IMG/VR virus record: IMGVR_UViG_3300044641_009805
Span: 124,001-188,000 of that record
Direction: 5' to 3' (one strand)
Length of the DNA: 64,000 bases
Shown: one piece after another, positions 38,987 to 47,686 of the stretch
Numbering within the stretch: the first letter of the stretch is position 1
How the letters are laid out: the number at the start of each line of letters is the position of its first letter
Made by a program: the position numbers and the translations under genes
The notes under the pieces: model-generated
The model's input: only the letters and a program-made list of their open reading frames with translations
Told to the model about the DNA's origin: nothing
Database searches by the model: none

Positions 38987-40419
38987 CCGTCTTAGATCAA
39001 TTTGAAGTAGAGTACAAAGAATCTTATATCTCAGGAACTTATGATCAAGTGGTCATGGGTAATATGATTTTTCTAACGACGGCGGGCGGAAAAAGAAATT
39101 ATGTTTACGGTAACAGGGGAGTAGTCTACGGTTCGATCAATAGCAATCAACCTCAGCAACCTGGGACTAGCATTTTTGACTTTTCTACTTCTGTCTCTTA
39201 TCGGTCTCAACCTTACAAAGAGAAAGCTGGAAATTGCAGAGCGGCTAAGCACACCTGCTACAATGAAAGAATTTATGATACGTTGGCTCCTGATGCTCTT
39301 TCATGTTTTAAGAGAAATGGAGCAGAACCTTTCTTTTTCACAGGGTCTGCAAATGAAATACCAGGAGTCGGTGTATTTTCAGGACTCGATAGTAACAACG
39401 CTGGATTTATCATGTTTGATAATTTTATTCCAACGTCGAATGGTAGCAGAAGCAATTTCAATAAAGGCGTAGACAGAAACTGGACGCGTTCTTTTCCTTT
39501 TGAACCCAGATACTCGGATGTTTCTAGAAAATCTCAACAAAAATTTTTTAATGGTAACGTTGAAGCTGCTTATCATGCTAACTTTTTAGACAACACTGGT
39601 AACAACTTCACAAAAGTAACGAAACGAAGAAAAGTTAAGTCTCTTATAGTAGGCACGGTCGGTCCAAACGCTGTCTACAGTAACAGACATAATACTTTAA
39701 CTTTAAATACAATATTTTTACCCCCTGGTCAAAATTGGTATCATCATTGGGTTGTTGACAGAGATGCTAACAAAAAATACACTTTTTCTGGTAGGTTTTT
39801 GACAGGATCTTGTTCCGACAGTGACACGATGAAAGTGTTATTCGGGTATGGAGACGTCAATACTATAGTTTATTCATCTTCTTACGTAAATTCAAATAAC
39901 ACTTTTGGATATGCGATGAGAGGTTCTAACAACTGGCCTGATTTTAGGTTAAAAGACAGTACGAATGTAGGAGGTGCGCCACTCGGGGGTACATACGAAG
40001 GAGTGACAGGTAGTATTTGGAATATCTCTCCAGTCATACGAGGATGGAAATACGGATTACACAGCGCGTTGGAGGATTATACGTCTGCATATTATCGTCA
40101 AGGTAGATACGGACAATTCAGAGACATGTTGGAGCAAAGAAAATTTACAAAGATCTTTACTCCAAATTCTCAAGATAGACTGCAGACCATTCAACAAACG
40201 GTCTCAAATTCACCAGTTACAGTAAAGTTTGTCGATTCAGAAGGCAAATTAACAACGCCAGAAAATACTCAATCTCAAAATTTAAGCGTGGAAGCTACTT
40301 CTTCTTTACCATATTTTGATTTGATTTCTCGTAATAGACCTGTACAATCGACGATAAAAGCAACGAATCTAAAGCTTATCAATTTTTCAGTAGATGGATT
40401 TGGAAATACGCGGGTGTGA
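38980..40419 (+). CDS. Virion structural protein, unknown function
   Basis: AGGAG SD; module context; YGQFRDMLEQR. Confidence 0.6.
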   Translation: MVAVLDQFEVEYKESYISGTYDQVVMGNMIFLTTAGGKRNYVYGNRGVVYGSINSNQPQQPGTSIFDFSTSVSYRSQPYKEKAGNCRAAKHTCYNERIYDTLAPDALSCFKRNGAEPFFFTGSANEIPGVGVFSGLDSNNAGFIMFDNFIPTSNGSRSNFNKGVDRNWTRSFPFEPRYSDVSRKSQQKFFNGNVEAAYHANFLDNTGNNFTKVTKRRKVKSLIVGTVGPNAVYSNRHNTLTLNTIFLPPGQNWYHHWVVDRDANKKYTFSGRFLTGSCSDSDTMKVLFGYGDVNTIVYSSSYVNSNNTFGYAMRGSNNWPDFRLKDSTNVGGAPLGGTYEGVTGSIWNISPVIRGWKYGLHSALEDYTSAYYRQGRYGQFRDMLEQRKFTKIFTPNSQDRLQTIQQTVSNSPVTVKFVDSEGKLTTPENTQSQNLSVEATSSLPYFDLISRNRPVQSTIKATNLKLINFSVDGFGNTRV

Positions 40420-40422
40420 TAT

Positions 40423-40881
40423 ATGGCTGATGTAAAATCAGATGTAGATAAAAATCTTTTCTTGATTATAAGAAATTCGTTGAACGATGCAGTTAATTTA
40501 GTTGCAAGCCCAGCTAGCTTTCAAGTCGGGTTGAGTGATTCTCCTTCTGATTTAACTTTGATGGGCAGATTTTCGTTATCATCTAAAGTCTATTATGCGA
40601 CAAGCGAGAATGGATATACCGTCAATTTAAGCAATGATGCAAGCATTGCTCTTATATCTATACCCATAAGAAACTCTGCTAAGGTGCTTTTGCCTTCTGG
40701 CCCTCGTGAAGGTCAAATAATCTTTATTAAGGATAGAGAAGGAATATGCTCTTCGGCACCAATGGTTATATCTGCATCTGAAAGTTTAATTGATGGAGCT
40801 TCTTCGATTGCTATAACTTCAGACTATGGTAAGAAGTGTCTGTGCTGGAATACTGACAGGTGGTCTGTCATCTCTGATTGA
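40423..40881 (+). CDS. Small virion protein with a gp9/gp10-like fibre-connector domain
   Basis: LLPSGPREGQIIFIKD...IDG...Y...W pattern. Confidence 0.55.
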   Translation: MADVKSDVDKNLFLIIRNSLNDAVNLVASPASFQVGLSDSPSDLTLMGRFSLSSKVYYATSENGYTVNLSNDASIALISIPIRNSAKVLLPSGPREGQIIFIKDREGICSSAPMVISASESLIDGASSIAITSDYGKKCLCWNTDRWSVISD

Positions 40882-41019
40882 TTCTATTGTTATCAGCTGC
40901 AACTGAAGTTCATCAATCGTAGTTAAATTTTCTGCTTCTTTATGTTCTTTTTTTGTTGGGGTGATTGTTTCCTCTACGAACAAACCGTCTGATGATTCAT
41001 ATAAGTTTATTGAGATCAT
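40819..41019 (-). CDS. Small acidic hypothetical protein
   Basis: Preceded on the minus strand by ATACTTAT (late-promoter-like) and AAGGGGA SD; convergent overlap with 40423..40881. Confidence 0.5.
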   Translation of the reverse strand: MISINLYESSDGLFVEETITPTKKEHKEAENLTTIDELQLQLITIESIRDDRPPVSIPAQTLLTIV

Positions 41020-41043
41020 AAAGTTCCCCTTTTTATATAAGTA

Positions 41044-41553
41044 TCAATTTAATTCACACTGCAAGTTTTTCTTTACGATATCTTCGATAGTTTCATTATC
41101 TTGGAATAAATCAGCAAATTCAAACTGTTCATCTTCTTCAGATAAAGTTTGTATTTTTATTCCTTCTCTAACACCATCGATTAGTCTCAAATGATCGCTC
41201 AATATCCACCCAAAGTGAATCGAGATCAGTGATCCATCATTGGTTTTTTTTGCAGCAGATGCAGCTTTTATTAATCTTAAGAATGTAGTAGAAACGTGCT
41301 TGTTGTCAATGTAATCGATGTGGCACCCGTTCCATTCGACTTCTAACCATTGTCCTCTTTTCAAGGTGATGACTTCAACCTCTGGATGGGTTTTCAATAA
41401 GTTGTTTAAATTTTTCTTTGAAGATTTTTTGACTAAATTGTGAAGGACTGTCGATTCTGGAAACAAATAGAAATATTTTGTCTTTGTTTCGTTATCAGGT
41501 AACGTAATTTTGTGCTTTTTCATTTCATTCTTTGAAATTCTAACACAAATCAA
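41044..41553 (-). CDS. Hypothetical protein
   Basis: 169-aa ORF; TAAACT 6 nt before the TTG start. Confidence 0.6.
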   Translation of the reverse strand: MICVRISKNEMKKHKITLPDNETKTKYFYLFPESTVLHNLVKKSSKKNLNNLLKTHPEVEVITLKRGQWLEVEWNGCHIDYIDNKHVSTTFLRLIKAASAAKKTNDGSLISIHFGWILSDHLRLIDGVREGIKIQTLSEEDEQFEFADLFQDNETIEDIVKKNLQCELN

Positions 41554-41572
41554 TGCAATAGTTTATTCTAAT

Positions 41573-41935
41573 TTAAATGGGTTTTAACTTACTAACAATC
41601 TTTTCAATTAATTTTGTATTGTCAGGTCCTAATGCTACACACACTAATTCGTTACCCTTTGTATTAGAGTGAGCCTCTATTCCCATGAACTCCGCTCGAT
41701 TTAAAATATCATGTAGTTGTTCTTCGGAATCTACCCCTAAGATAATTTGCGAAAAAGACCCAGTTAGCCATGAAACTTCGTCATTCGAGAGATTGACAAA
41801 AACCTGATCTGGTCTGGCGGCTTCATTATTTTCTATTAAAAACTTTACGGAAGCTGCGGCAACTTGTGAAGCGATTTCTCCTCTTCTCATGTTTAGATCG
41901 TTGCGTACCACTATGAATTGTTTTACATCTTCCAT
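41573..41935 (-). CDS. Peptidyl-tRNA hydrolase type 2 (Pth2)-like protein, degenerate active site
   Basis: KQFIVVRNDLNMRRGEIASQVAAA, IILGVDSEEQL, CVALGP; GAGGTG SD before the ATG at 41935. Confidence 0.8.
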   Translation of the reverse strand: MEDVKQFIVVRNDLNMRRGEIASQVAAASVKFLIENNEAARPDQVFVNLSNDEVSWLTGSFSQIILGVDSEEQLHDILNRAEFMGIEAHSNTKGNELVCVALGPDNTKLIEKIVSKLKPI

Positions 41936-41960
41936 TGTAACACCTCGTAAACAAGCCACG

Positions 41961-42464
41961 TCATTCTTCTTGATCATCTTGAAGAATTTCTTTTCTTACT
42001 TCCTCCAATATTTTACCAAGCCAGTTTTCTCCTACACCTCCTACTGTTCCCCAAAATCTATCGTTCCACCGATTTTCATTAATCAGTGGTCTGTTATCTG
42101 TTCCTTTTAATCTACAACGAATAAAAGGATTTTCAAACTTTTTTCTTATCAAATCCTTCATGATAGAGATTTTTTCTTCTTTCCAATCTTCTCTAACAAT
42201 GACAGATTGTCCCAATCTTTTAGCAAGATTGGGATTTTCAGCTTTTCTTATTAGTTCCCTCGTTTCTTGATTCAAGCTTTTTGCAGCTTGATATGCATGC
42301 TCAACAGAGGGATATAACTTTCCTTCAAAAGTTATCGACGAATTATAAAAATTAGAAAGGAACTCAAATCCATTTTTTTTAGAAAATCCTACAATCGGAT
42401 TACTCTCTTCTCTTAAATTCTTTGGATTTTCTAAGTCCTTTTGCATATAAATTTGATAATGCAA
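41961..42464 (-). CDS. NADAR (YbiA/DUF1768) family protein; start codon uncertain
   Basis: FLSNFY, YPSVEHAYQAAK, AKRLG, REDW, KKF, NDRFWG, GENWLGKILEEVR. Confidence 0.9.
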   Translation of the reverse strand: MHYQIYMQKDLENPKNLREESNPIVGFSKKNGFEFLSNFYNSSITFEGKLYPSVEHAYQAAKSLNQETRELIRKAENPNLAKRLGQSVIVREDWKEEKISIMKDLIRKKFENPFIRCRLKGTDNRPLINENRWNDRFWGTVGGVGENWLGKILEEVRKEILQDDQEE

Positions 42465-42936
42465 TTGAGTAATCTTCTTGATTCGATCTATAATAATTAC
42501 ATCTTTTCAACGAAAGAGACGCCTCTTTAGGATTGCCTGATCTAAAATTTTTCAAAGCGATTGAACATCTTGACATGAATCTCCAATACTCTTCTCCGCC
42601 CGTTACGAAGTTTTTATGAGATCTATATTTCGCTTTCCCAAAATGACTATAATACGGACCGGGAGTACCAGCAGGTAAATTTCCTATATTACCTAAATTA
42701 TGATTCCAGATTTTACGACCATGTTGGTTTTCCAACGCAATATGTGACCATGCACCTGCTAGCAAATTTTCATGCGGCAAGTTTCCGTAGACATTTACAT
42801 AAGATTCATTTAAAATTTTTACAAGATCATCGCTATCGATCGGCGTAAGTTTTCTCTCTACTTTACATTCTTTTGCTGGAAAAGCTAGAATGGAAAAAGA
42901 GATTATCAAATTCATAAAAATCGTCGCGTTAATCAT
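42400..42936 (-). CDS. Secreted glucosaminidase-like peptidoglycan hydrolase (GH73/FlgJ-like)
   Basis: N-terminal signal-like segment; SHIALENQHG, NHNLGNI, KYRSH, LKRCNYY..NQEDY. Confidence 0.65.
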   Translation of the reverse strand: MINATIFMNLIISFSILAFPAKECKVERKLTPIDSDDLVKILNESYVNVYGNLPHENLLAGAWSHIALENQHGRKIWNHNLGNIGNLPAGTPGPYYSHFGKAKYRSHKNFVTGGEEYWRFMSRCSIALKNFRSGNPKEASLSLKRCNYYRSNQEDYSIALSNLYAKGLRKSKEFKRRE

Positions 42937-43108
42937 AGATTGTAATTATACAATGTAATACAAAAGTATACATAAATGGAATTTCATTAATTTGTGTGGT
43001 CGTGTATTTGTGCGGGTAGATAAATACTGAAAGTATGGTTTTGTGTATTTAACGTTTTCCGGAATGTCATACATTTGATGATACGTGCCTGGAGCATTAA
43101 GAATTTAA

Positions 43109-44866
43109 ATGTCAACAAACGACAAGAATAGATTTAGAAAAACTTATTCTTTTTTTAGACAGCAACCCATCTTTGCTTCAGGCGGTGGGGGCGGCGGCGG
43201 TGGTGGGGGTAATGGAGATCAATTTTGGTATTCTACCACCAATGATTCGATCTATACTACTGGGTCAGTTATAATTCGAGGAGATGAAACGGGGTTAGAC
43301 TCTCCTTTTGATGTTGGATCTGACGTATTTTTCTATGTCAGCGGTTCTATAGACGCCATTAATCCTAATGACAGCAAAGTGGCAGTTTTTGGTGGAGATC
43401 TTGTTGTCAGTGGTGCCTTTTTACTAGAAAGCGATTATCTTGAAATAACTGGCACGTTGGTCGTTACAGAAGGTGTCAGCGGATCCATTACAAAACTTGC
43501 TGATGGCACTTCTTATCTTGTAGCAGGTAGTAACATTACGATAACTTCTCAATCTAATGGATCTATTGTAATCTCTTCAACTGGTGGTGGTGGATCTTCA
43601 ATTAACTTTTTTGATTCTACGACTGCCGGATCAGTTTACACGACGGGATCATTTGCCTTTAGAGGTCAAGAGCTAATAGATTCTCCTTCTGACGTTGGAA
43701 CTGACGTCTTCTTTTTTGTCAGCGGTTCTACGGGCGCGGTCAGCAATCAAAAATCTCTTTTTGGAGGTGACGTAGTCGTAAGCGGTTCTTTCTTTGCGGA
43801 AGGCGACCGCCTAGAGATGACAGGAACTATCCTGGCGACTTCAGGGTTTAGCGGTTCGTTAACAAAACTCACTGATGGTACGTCTTATTTAGTCGCAGGA
43901 AACAATGTTAACATCGTTTCACAGTCCAATGGATCGATAGTAATATCTTCAACAGGTGGCGGAGGAGATAGCTTCTTTTCCTCAACGACGGCTGGTTCAA
44001 TTTATACAACGGGGTCAGCTGCATTCAGGGGTCAAGAATCTATAGATTCTCCAATAGACAAAGGTACGGACGTATTCTTTTATGTCAGCGGTTCCAAAGG
44101 TTCTCGAGACACGTCCGTAGCAGGCTCTTCGCTATTTGGAGGAGATGTAATAGTCAGCGGATCGACTTACATGTTGTCGGGTGCCATTGTACAAAATGGT
44201 CTCAGGGTCACAGGATCGTTAGATGTCGAAGGAGACATCGTCGACATATCTGGCTCTCTCATCGTCACGGGTTCCACTTACCTATCTGGTACTTTATTCC
44301 TTACGGGATCTATGTTTTCTGAAATGGGCAGCATTACAGCTGTTCAAGGATTCAGCGGATCATTAACAAAGTTGGCAGATGGAACTTCATACCTGGTGGC
44401 AGGAAACAATGTTAACATTGTTTCGCAGTCCAATGGTTCTATTGTGATCTCTTCTACGGGAGGAGGATCAAGCACAGTAAATCTCCAGTTCCTTGCTGGC
44501 ACGGTTTCTTCAGCAGCGCCGTCAGGGTCTATGGAATCGATCGGGATGGATTATCTGAATCTTTCAGCATTACCACCGGTTCCAACAAACTACACATTCT
44601 CAGCAATTTTAGCTACAACAGTTGGCACGACTGCATACATGGATCTTTACGATTACAATGGAATATTCAGCGGCGGTTCTCCTGGGCCCATATCCGGATC
44701 GGTGTTGACAGGATCGAGTCAGTCTTATACTTACCTAACAGCAAACTTGACGACTGCGATGTCTTCTCCTTCTGGCAACGGAATAATAGAAGCGAGGATA
44801 TGGTGCGATCCGACTGGATCAAATTTGAACGCAATATGTAAGTCAGCTAAACTGACGATAAGTTAA
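43109..44866 (+). CDS. Tail/head fibre-like protein with three internal repeats
   Basis: Three copies of STTxGSxYTTGS...DVFFxVSGS...FGGDxxVSG...SGSxTKLxDGTSYLVAG...SQSNGSIVISSTGGG; poly-Gly linker. Confidence 0.75.
   Translation: MSTNDKNRFRKTYSFFRQQPIFASGGGGGGGGGGNGDQFWYSTTNDSIYTTGSVIIRGDETGLDSPFDVGSDVFFYVSGSIDAINPNDSKVAVFGGDLVVSGAFLLESDYLEITGTLVVTEGVSGSITKLADGTSYLVAGSNITITSQSNGSIVISSTGGGGSSINFFDSTTAGSVYTTGSFAFRGQELIDSPSDVGTDVFFFVSGSTGAVSNQKSLFGGDVVVSGSFFAEGDRLEMTGTILATSGFSGSLTKLTDGTSYLVAGNNVNIVSQSNGSIVISSTGGGGDSFFSSTTAGSIYTTGSAAFRGQESIDSPIDKGTDVFFYVSGSKGSRDTSVAGSSLFGGDVIVSGSTYMLSGAIVQNGLRVTGSLDVEGDIVDISGSLIVTGSTYLSGTLFLTGSMFSEMGSITAVQGFSGSLTKLADGTSYLVAGNNVNIVSQSNGSIVISSTGGGSSTVNLQFLAGTVSSAAPSGSMESIGMDYLNLSALPPVPTNYTFSAILATTVGTTAYMDLYDYNGIFSGGSPGPISGSVLTGSSQSYTYLTANLTTAMSSPSGNGIIEARIWCDPTGSNLNAICKSAKLTIS
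43220..44470 (+). repeat. Three imperfect intragenic repeats of about 125-165 codons
   Basis: Protein-level repeats above; DNA shares e.g. gcaggaaacaatgttaacat. Confidence 0.8.
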
Positions 44867-44883
44867 TGAAAGAATGAAATAAC

Positions 44884-46080
44884 ATGGCAAAGTATAGAGC
44901 AAGAGTAGATTGTTACTTAGAACCTACGTTGGCAGATAGCGTCGGTGTTAACTCTAGAGCTAATGGCGAGTTCTTCGTGAATCTGGTACAACATATTTCA
45001 TCCAGTATGAATGACCTTGGGATCGAGATGCTTGCCTGGAACTATGGTCAAGGAGGTTCAGATTGGTCTTTTTGGAATGAACCTGGGTCGACAGGTCGAT
45101 ATGCTTTTGCTTGTTTTAGATTTCATTCGGCGTCTTTCGGCAAGTTTGATTGTTTGATCTACGAAAACACGGGTTCTTTCAACGGTCATACAGGCTCTAT
45201 TTATGTAAACAATCAAAACAGTAATTATTTTCAAGAAACATGTTTTTTTCAGGTTGGTATAGCGTTTGCATGTCATCCGAGTGGATCAGTACCTGACGTT
45301 TATCCATATACAGGAGGTCCTTGGGATGGCAGCTATGGACCTGGTGCGGATATTCAGACAGTAACAGAACTTTGGAAAACCACACCAGAAAGCAAAGGTG
45401 CTTTCTTCCCACGCCCAAATGGAATTTCAGGAGAAAGCTCTGGTTCAAGGGCCACCCTACAAGGTCTCGGCGGATATGACATGAATGGATCTAGAAATCA
45501 CTTCATCGTGTCCGAAGACAGTTTGACGATTCTCACGGATTCAGCAATGGATGGCCGTCATAGAATCATGCATTTCGGCCCATACACACCTCGTTCAGGT
45601 ACGACACCTACTCCTGAAAGCCCATACGTCATGTGGTCAAGTAACAATCCAGACAGCTTCTCACCATGGGTTCACTTCTATGGTGGTCAAATAGGCACAA
45701 CCTCTAGAAACGATGACAACATATACCAAGGAGCTCTTGCGCATCCTGATCTGTTGTCGGGATCAAGACGTTTCAGTTGGAATACTGTCGTAACAAGTGA
45801 CATGTTTTTAGGGTTGAATAAGTTTGTAGAGAATGGATCGTACGAAAAATTCCCTGTATGGGTCACTCTCAATGAAGGAACCGACTGCGGGACTTTAGGG
45901 ATCTTAAATCATCTCTGGTATGGAATAGGAATGCCAAATCTAAGCGTCTCTGTAGTCTCTTCATCAGCTGCATTCGGTAGAATGACGATGAATGAAAACA
46001 AGGTCATTGTTCCTTGGAGCGGAGATCCTCCAACCACCACGCCGTGGACGAGAAAAGGTAGAAACTTTAGCATAGGATGA
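44884..46080 (+). CDS. Virion protein, paralogue A
   Basis: Collinear with 46096..47286; near-identical N-terminal ~95 aa and C-terminal GRNFSIG. Confidence 0.7.
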   Translation: MAKYRARVDCYLEPTLADSVGVNSRANGEFFVNLVQHISSSMNDLGIEMLAWNYGQGGSDWSFWNEPGSTGRYAFACFRFHSASFGKFDCLIYENTGSFNGHTGSIYVNNQNSNYFQETCFFQVGIAFACHPSGSVPDVYPYTGGPWDGSYGPGADIQTVTELWKTTPESKGAFFPRPNGISGESSGSRATLQGLGGYDMNGSRNHFIVSEDSLTILTDSAMDGRHRIMHFGPYTPRSGTTPTPESPYVMWSSNNPDSFSPWVHFYGGQIGTTSRNDDNIYQGALAHPDLLSGSRRFSWNTVVTSDMFLGLNKFVENGSYEKFPVWVTLNEGTDCGTLGILNHLWYGIGMPNLSVSVVSSSAAFGRMTMNENKVIVPWSGDPPTTTPWTRKGRNFSIG

Positions 46081-46095
46081 CAAGAGGAATCTAAC

Positions 46096-47286
46096 ATGAC
46101 AAAGTATAGAGCAAGAGTAGATTGTTATTTACAACCCGCAGTGGGAGATTCAGCTGGTGTCAATTCCAGAGCAAACGGTGAATTCTTTGTTAATTTGATT
46201 CAACACATGTCTTCTAGCATGAACGACCTTGGAATCGAGATGCTAGCCTGGAATTACGGCGATGGCGGATCAGATTGGTCTTTTTGGGATGAACCTGGAG
46301 CGACAGGCAGAAATGCTTTTGCATGTTTTAGATTTCATTCTGCGTCTTTTGGAAAATTCGATTGCTTGATCTATGAGAACACTGGGTCCAATACTTCCGT
46401 ACGTACGCACACAGGATCTATCTTCATAGACAATCAAGACAGGCAATTCTTCGAGCAAGAAGGTTACTATCAAGTAGGTATTGCCTTTGCATGTCATCCA
46501 AGCGGATCTGTTCCTAACACATATCCTTATGTCGATGGCCCATGGAATGGTGGTTACGGAATGAGCGCTTCTATAGAGACCGTAGGTCCTGTTTGGAAAA
46601 CAACTCCAGCCGGCAAAGGAGCATTCTTCCCGAGACCGAACGGTGTACTAGGTCAGCTGTCTAGCTCAAGATCTTCTCTATCTGGAATTGCGGGTAGCAG
46701 TATGGATCAAAGCAAAAATCACTTCATTTTGTCTGAGGACAGCGTCACGATTCTTGTTGATGATGCTTCTGACGGTTATTCTAGAGTGATGCACTTTGGT
46801 CCTTACATTCCGAGGTCTGGATCTAACCCTGAAAGTCCGTATGTCATGTGGAACACGGGAGATGATAATGTTGCTCCTTGGATTCACGGATACGCCAACA
46901 CAATTGGAAGCTTCACCCTCGTTAGCAATGCACCACAAGGAGCCATTGCACACCCAGACTTGTCCAAAGGAGCTTTAAAGTTAAGCTGGGGGTTTTTAGC
47001 TCATGATTCTTCTAACGGATATAACAATTTCATCAACAGCGGATCATTTGAAAAATTCCCTGTGTGGGCTATTGTTAACGAAGGTACAGAAAGAGGAATC
47101 CTTGGTACTCTTAAACATCTAACACTTGGCGTTGGGATGAATAGTCTCACTGTCTCTACACTTTCTTCTTCAGCCGCGTTTGGACGTCCGACCACAGCAG
47201 AATCAAAAGTGCTGGTTCCGTGGGATGGAGTTCCTCCTCAATCATCTTCGCCTAATAGAACTGGTAGAAACTTTAGCATAGGTTGA
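46096..47286 (+). CDS. Virion protein, paralogue B
   Basis: GAGGA SD; tandem duplicate of 44884..46080. Confidence 0.7.
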   Translation: MTKYRARVDCYLQPAVGDSAGVNSRANGEFFVNLIQHMSSSMNDLGIEMLAWNYGDGGSDWSFWDEPGATGRNAFACFRFHSASFGKFDCLIYENTGSNTSVRTHTGSIFIDNQDRQFFEQEGYYQVGIAFACHPSGSVPNTYPYVDGPWNGGYGMSASIETVGPVWKTTPAGKGAFFPRPNGVLGQLSSSRSSLSGIAGSSMDQSKNHFILSEDSVTILVDDASDGYSRVMHFGPYIPRSGSNPESPYVMWNTGDDNVAPWIHGYANTIGSFTLVSNAPQGAIAHPDLSKGALKLSWGFLAHDSSNGYNNFINSGSFEKFPVWAIVNEGTERGILGTLKHLTLGVGMNSLTVSTLSSSAAFGRPTTAESKVLVPWDGVPPQSSSPNRTGRNFSIG

Positions 47287-47288
47287 TC

Positions 47289-47651
47289 ATGTCAGGAAAC
47301 GACTTTGCAGATTTCTTTCCGCCTGAAGTACAAAATCAGGTCTTTCCAGAAGTGTTCCAATCTAATGGTCAACACTCTTCTGCTGCTGAATTTACAAACT
47401 TAATTCCTGAGATTTTTCAAGATGCTGGTGCTTTAAAGACCGCAACTGAATTTGACCACACGACTCCTGAGGTATTCAAATATCAAATAATCACCACGAC
47501 GGGAGGAGCTCCTGCAATCAAGTATCGAATGAGAGGATACTATGTTGGAGGTTCAACGTACGAATTTTGGATTACAACGAATCCTGATTCAGCCAATCCC
47601 AGCGGGAATCCTCTTATCAACAAAGTTATCGACTCGATCATTGCATCATAA
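47289..47651 (+). CDS. Hypothetical virion protein with short PE(V/I)F repeats
   Basis: PEVQNQ / PEVFQ / PEIFQ / PEVFK. Confidence 0.55.
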   Translation: MSGNDFADFFPPEVQNQVFPEVFQSNGQHSSAAEFTNLIPEIFQDAGALKTATEFDHTTPEVFKYQIITTTGGAPAIKYRMRGYYVGGSTYEFWITTNPDSANPSGNPLINKVIDSIIAS

Positions 47652-47686
47652 AAGTATTATAATGAGACAATAAAAGACAAATTTAT

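Noticed and set aside
42937-43108. tRNA or structured ncRNA in the divergent intergenic gap
   Set aside because: No cloverleaf, T-loop or convincing stem found; explicable as divergent promoters
43109-47286. Diversity-generating retroelement or invertible shufflon acting on fibre repeats
   Set aside because: Repeats are direct and in-frame with mostly synonymous differences, not adenine-specific; no reverse transcriptase or invertase in the window
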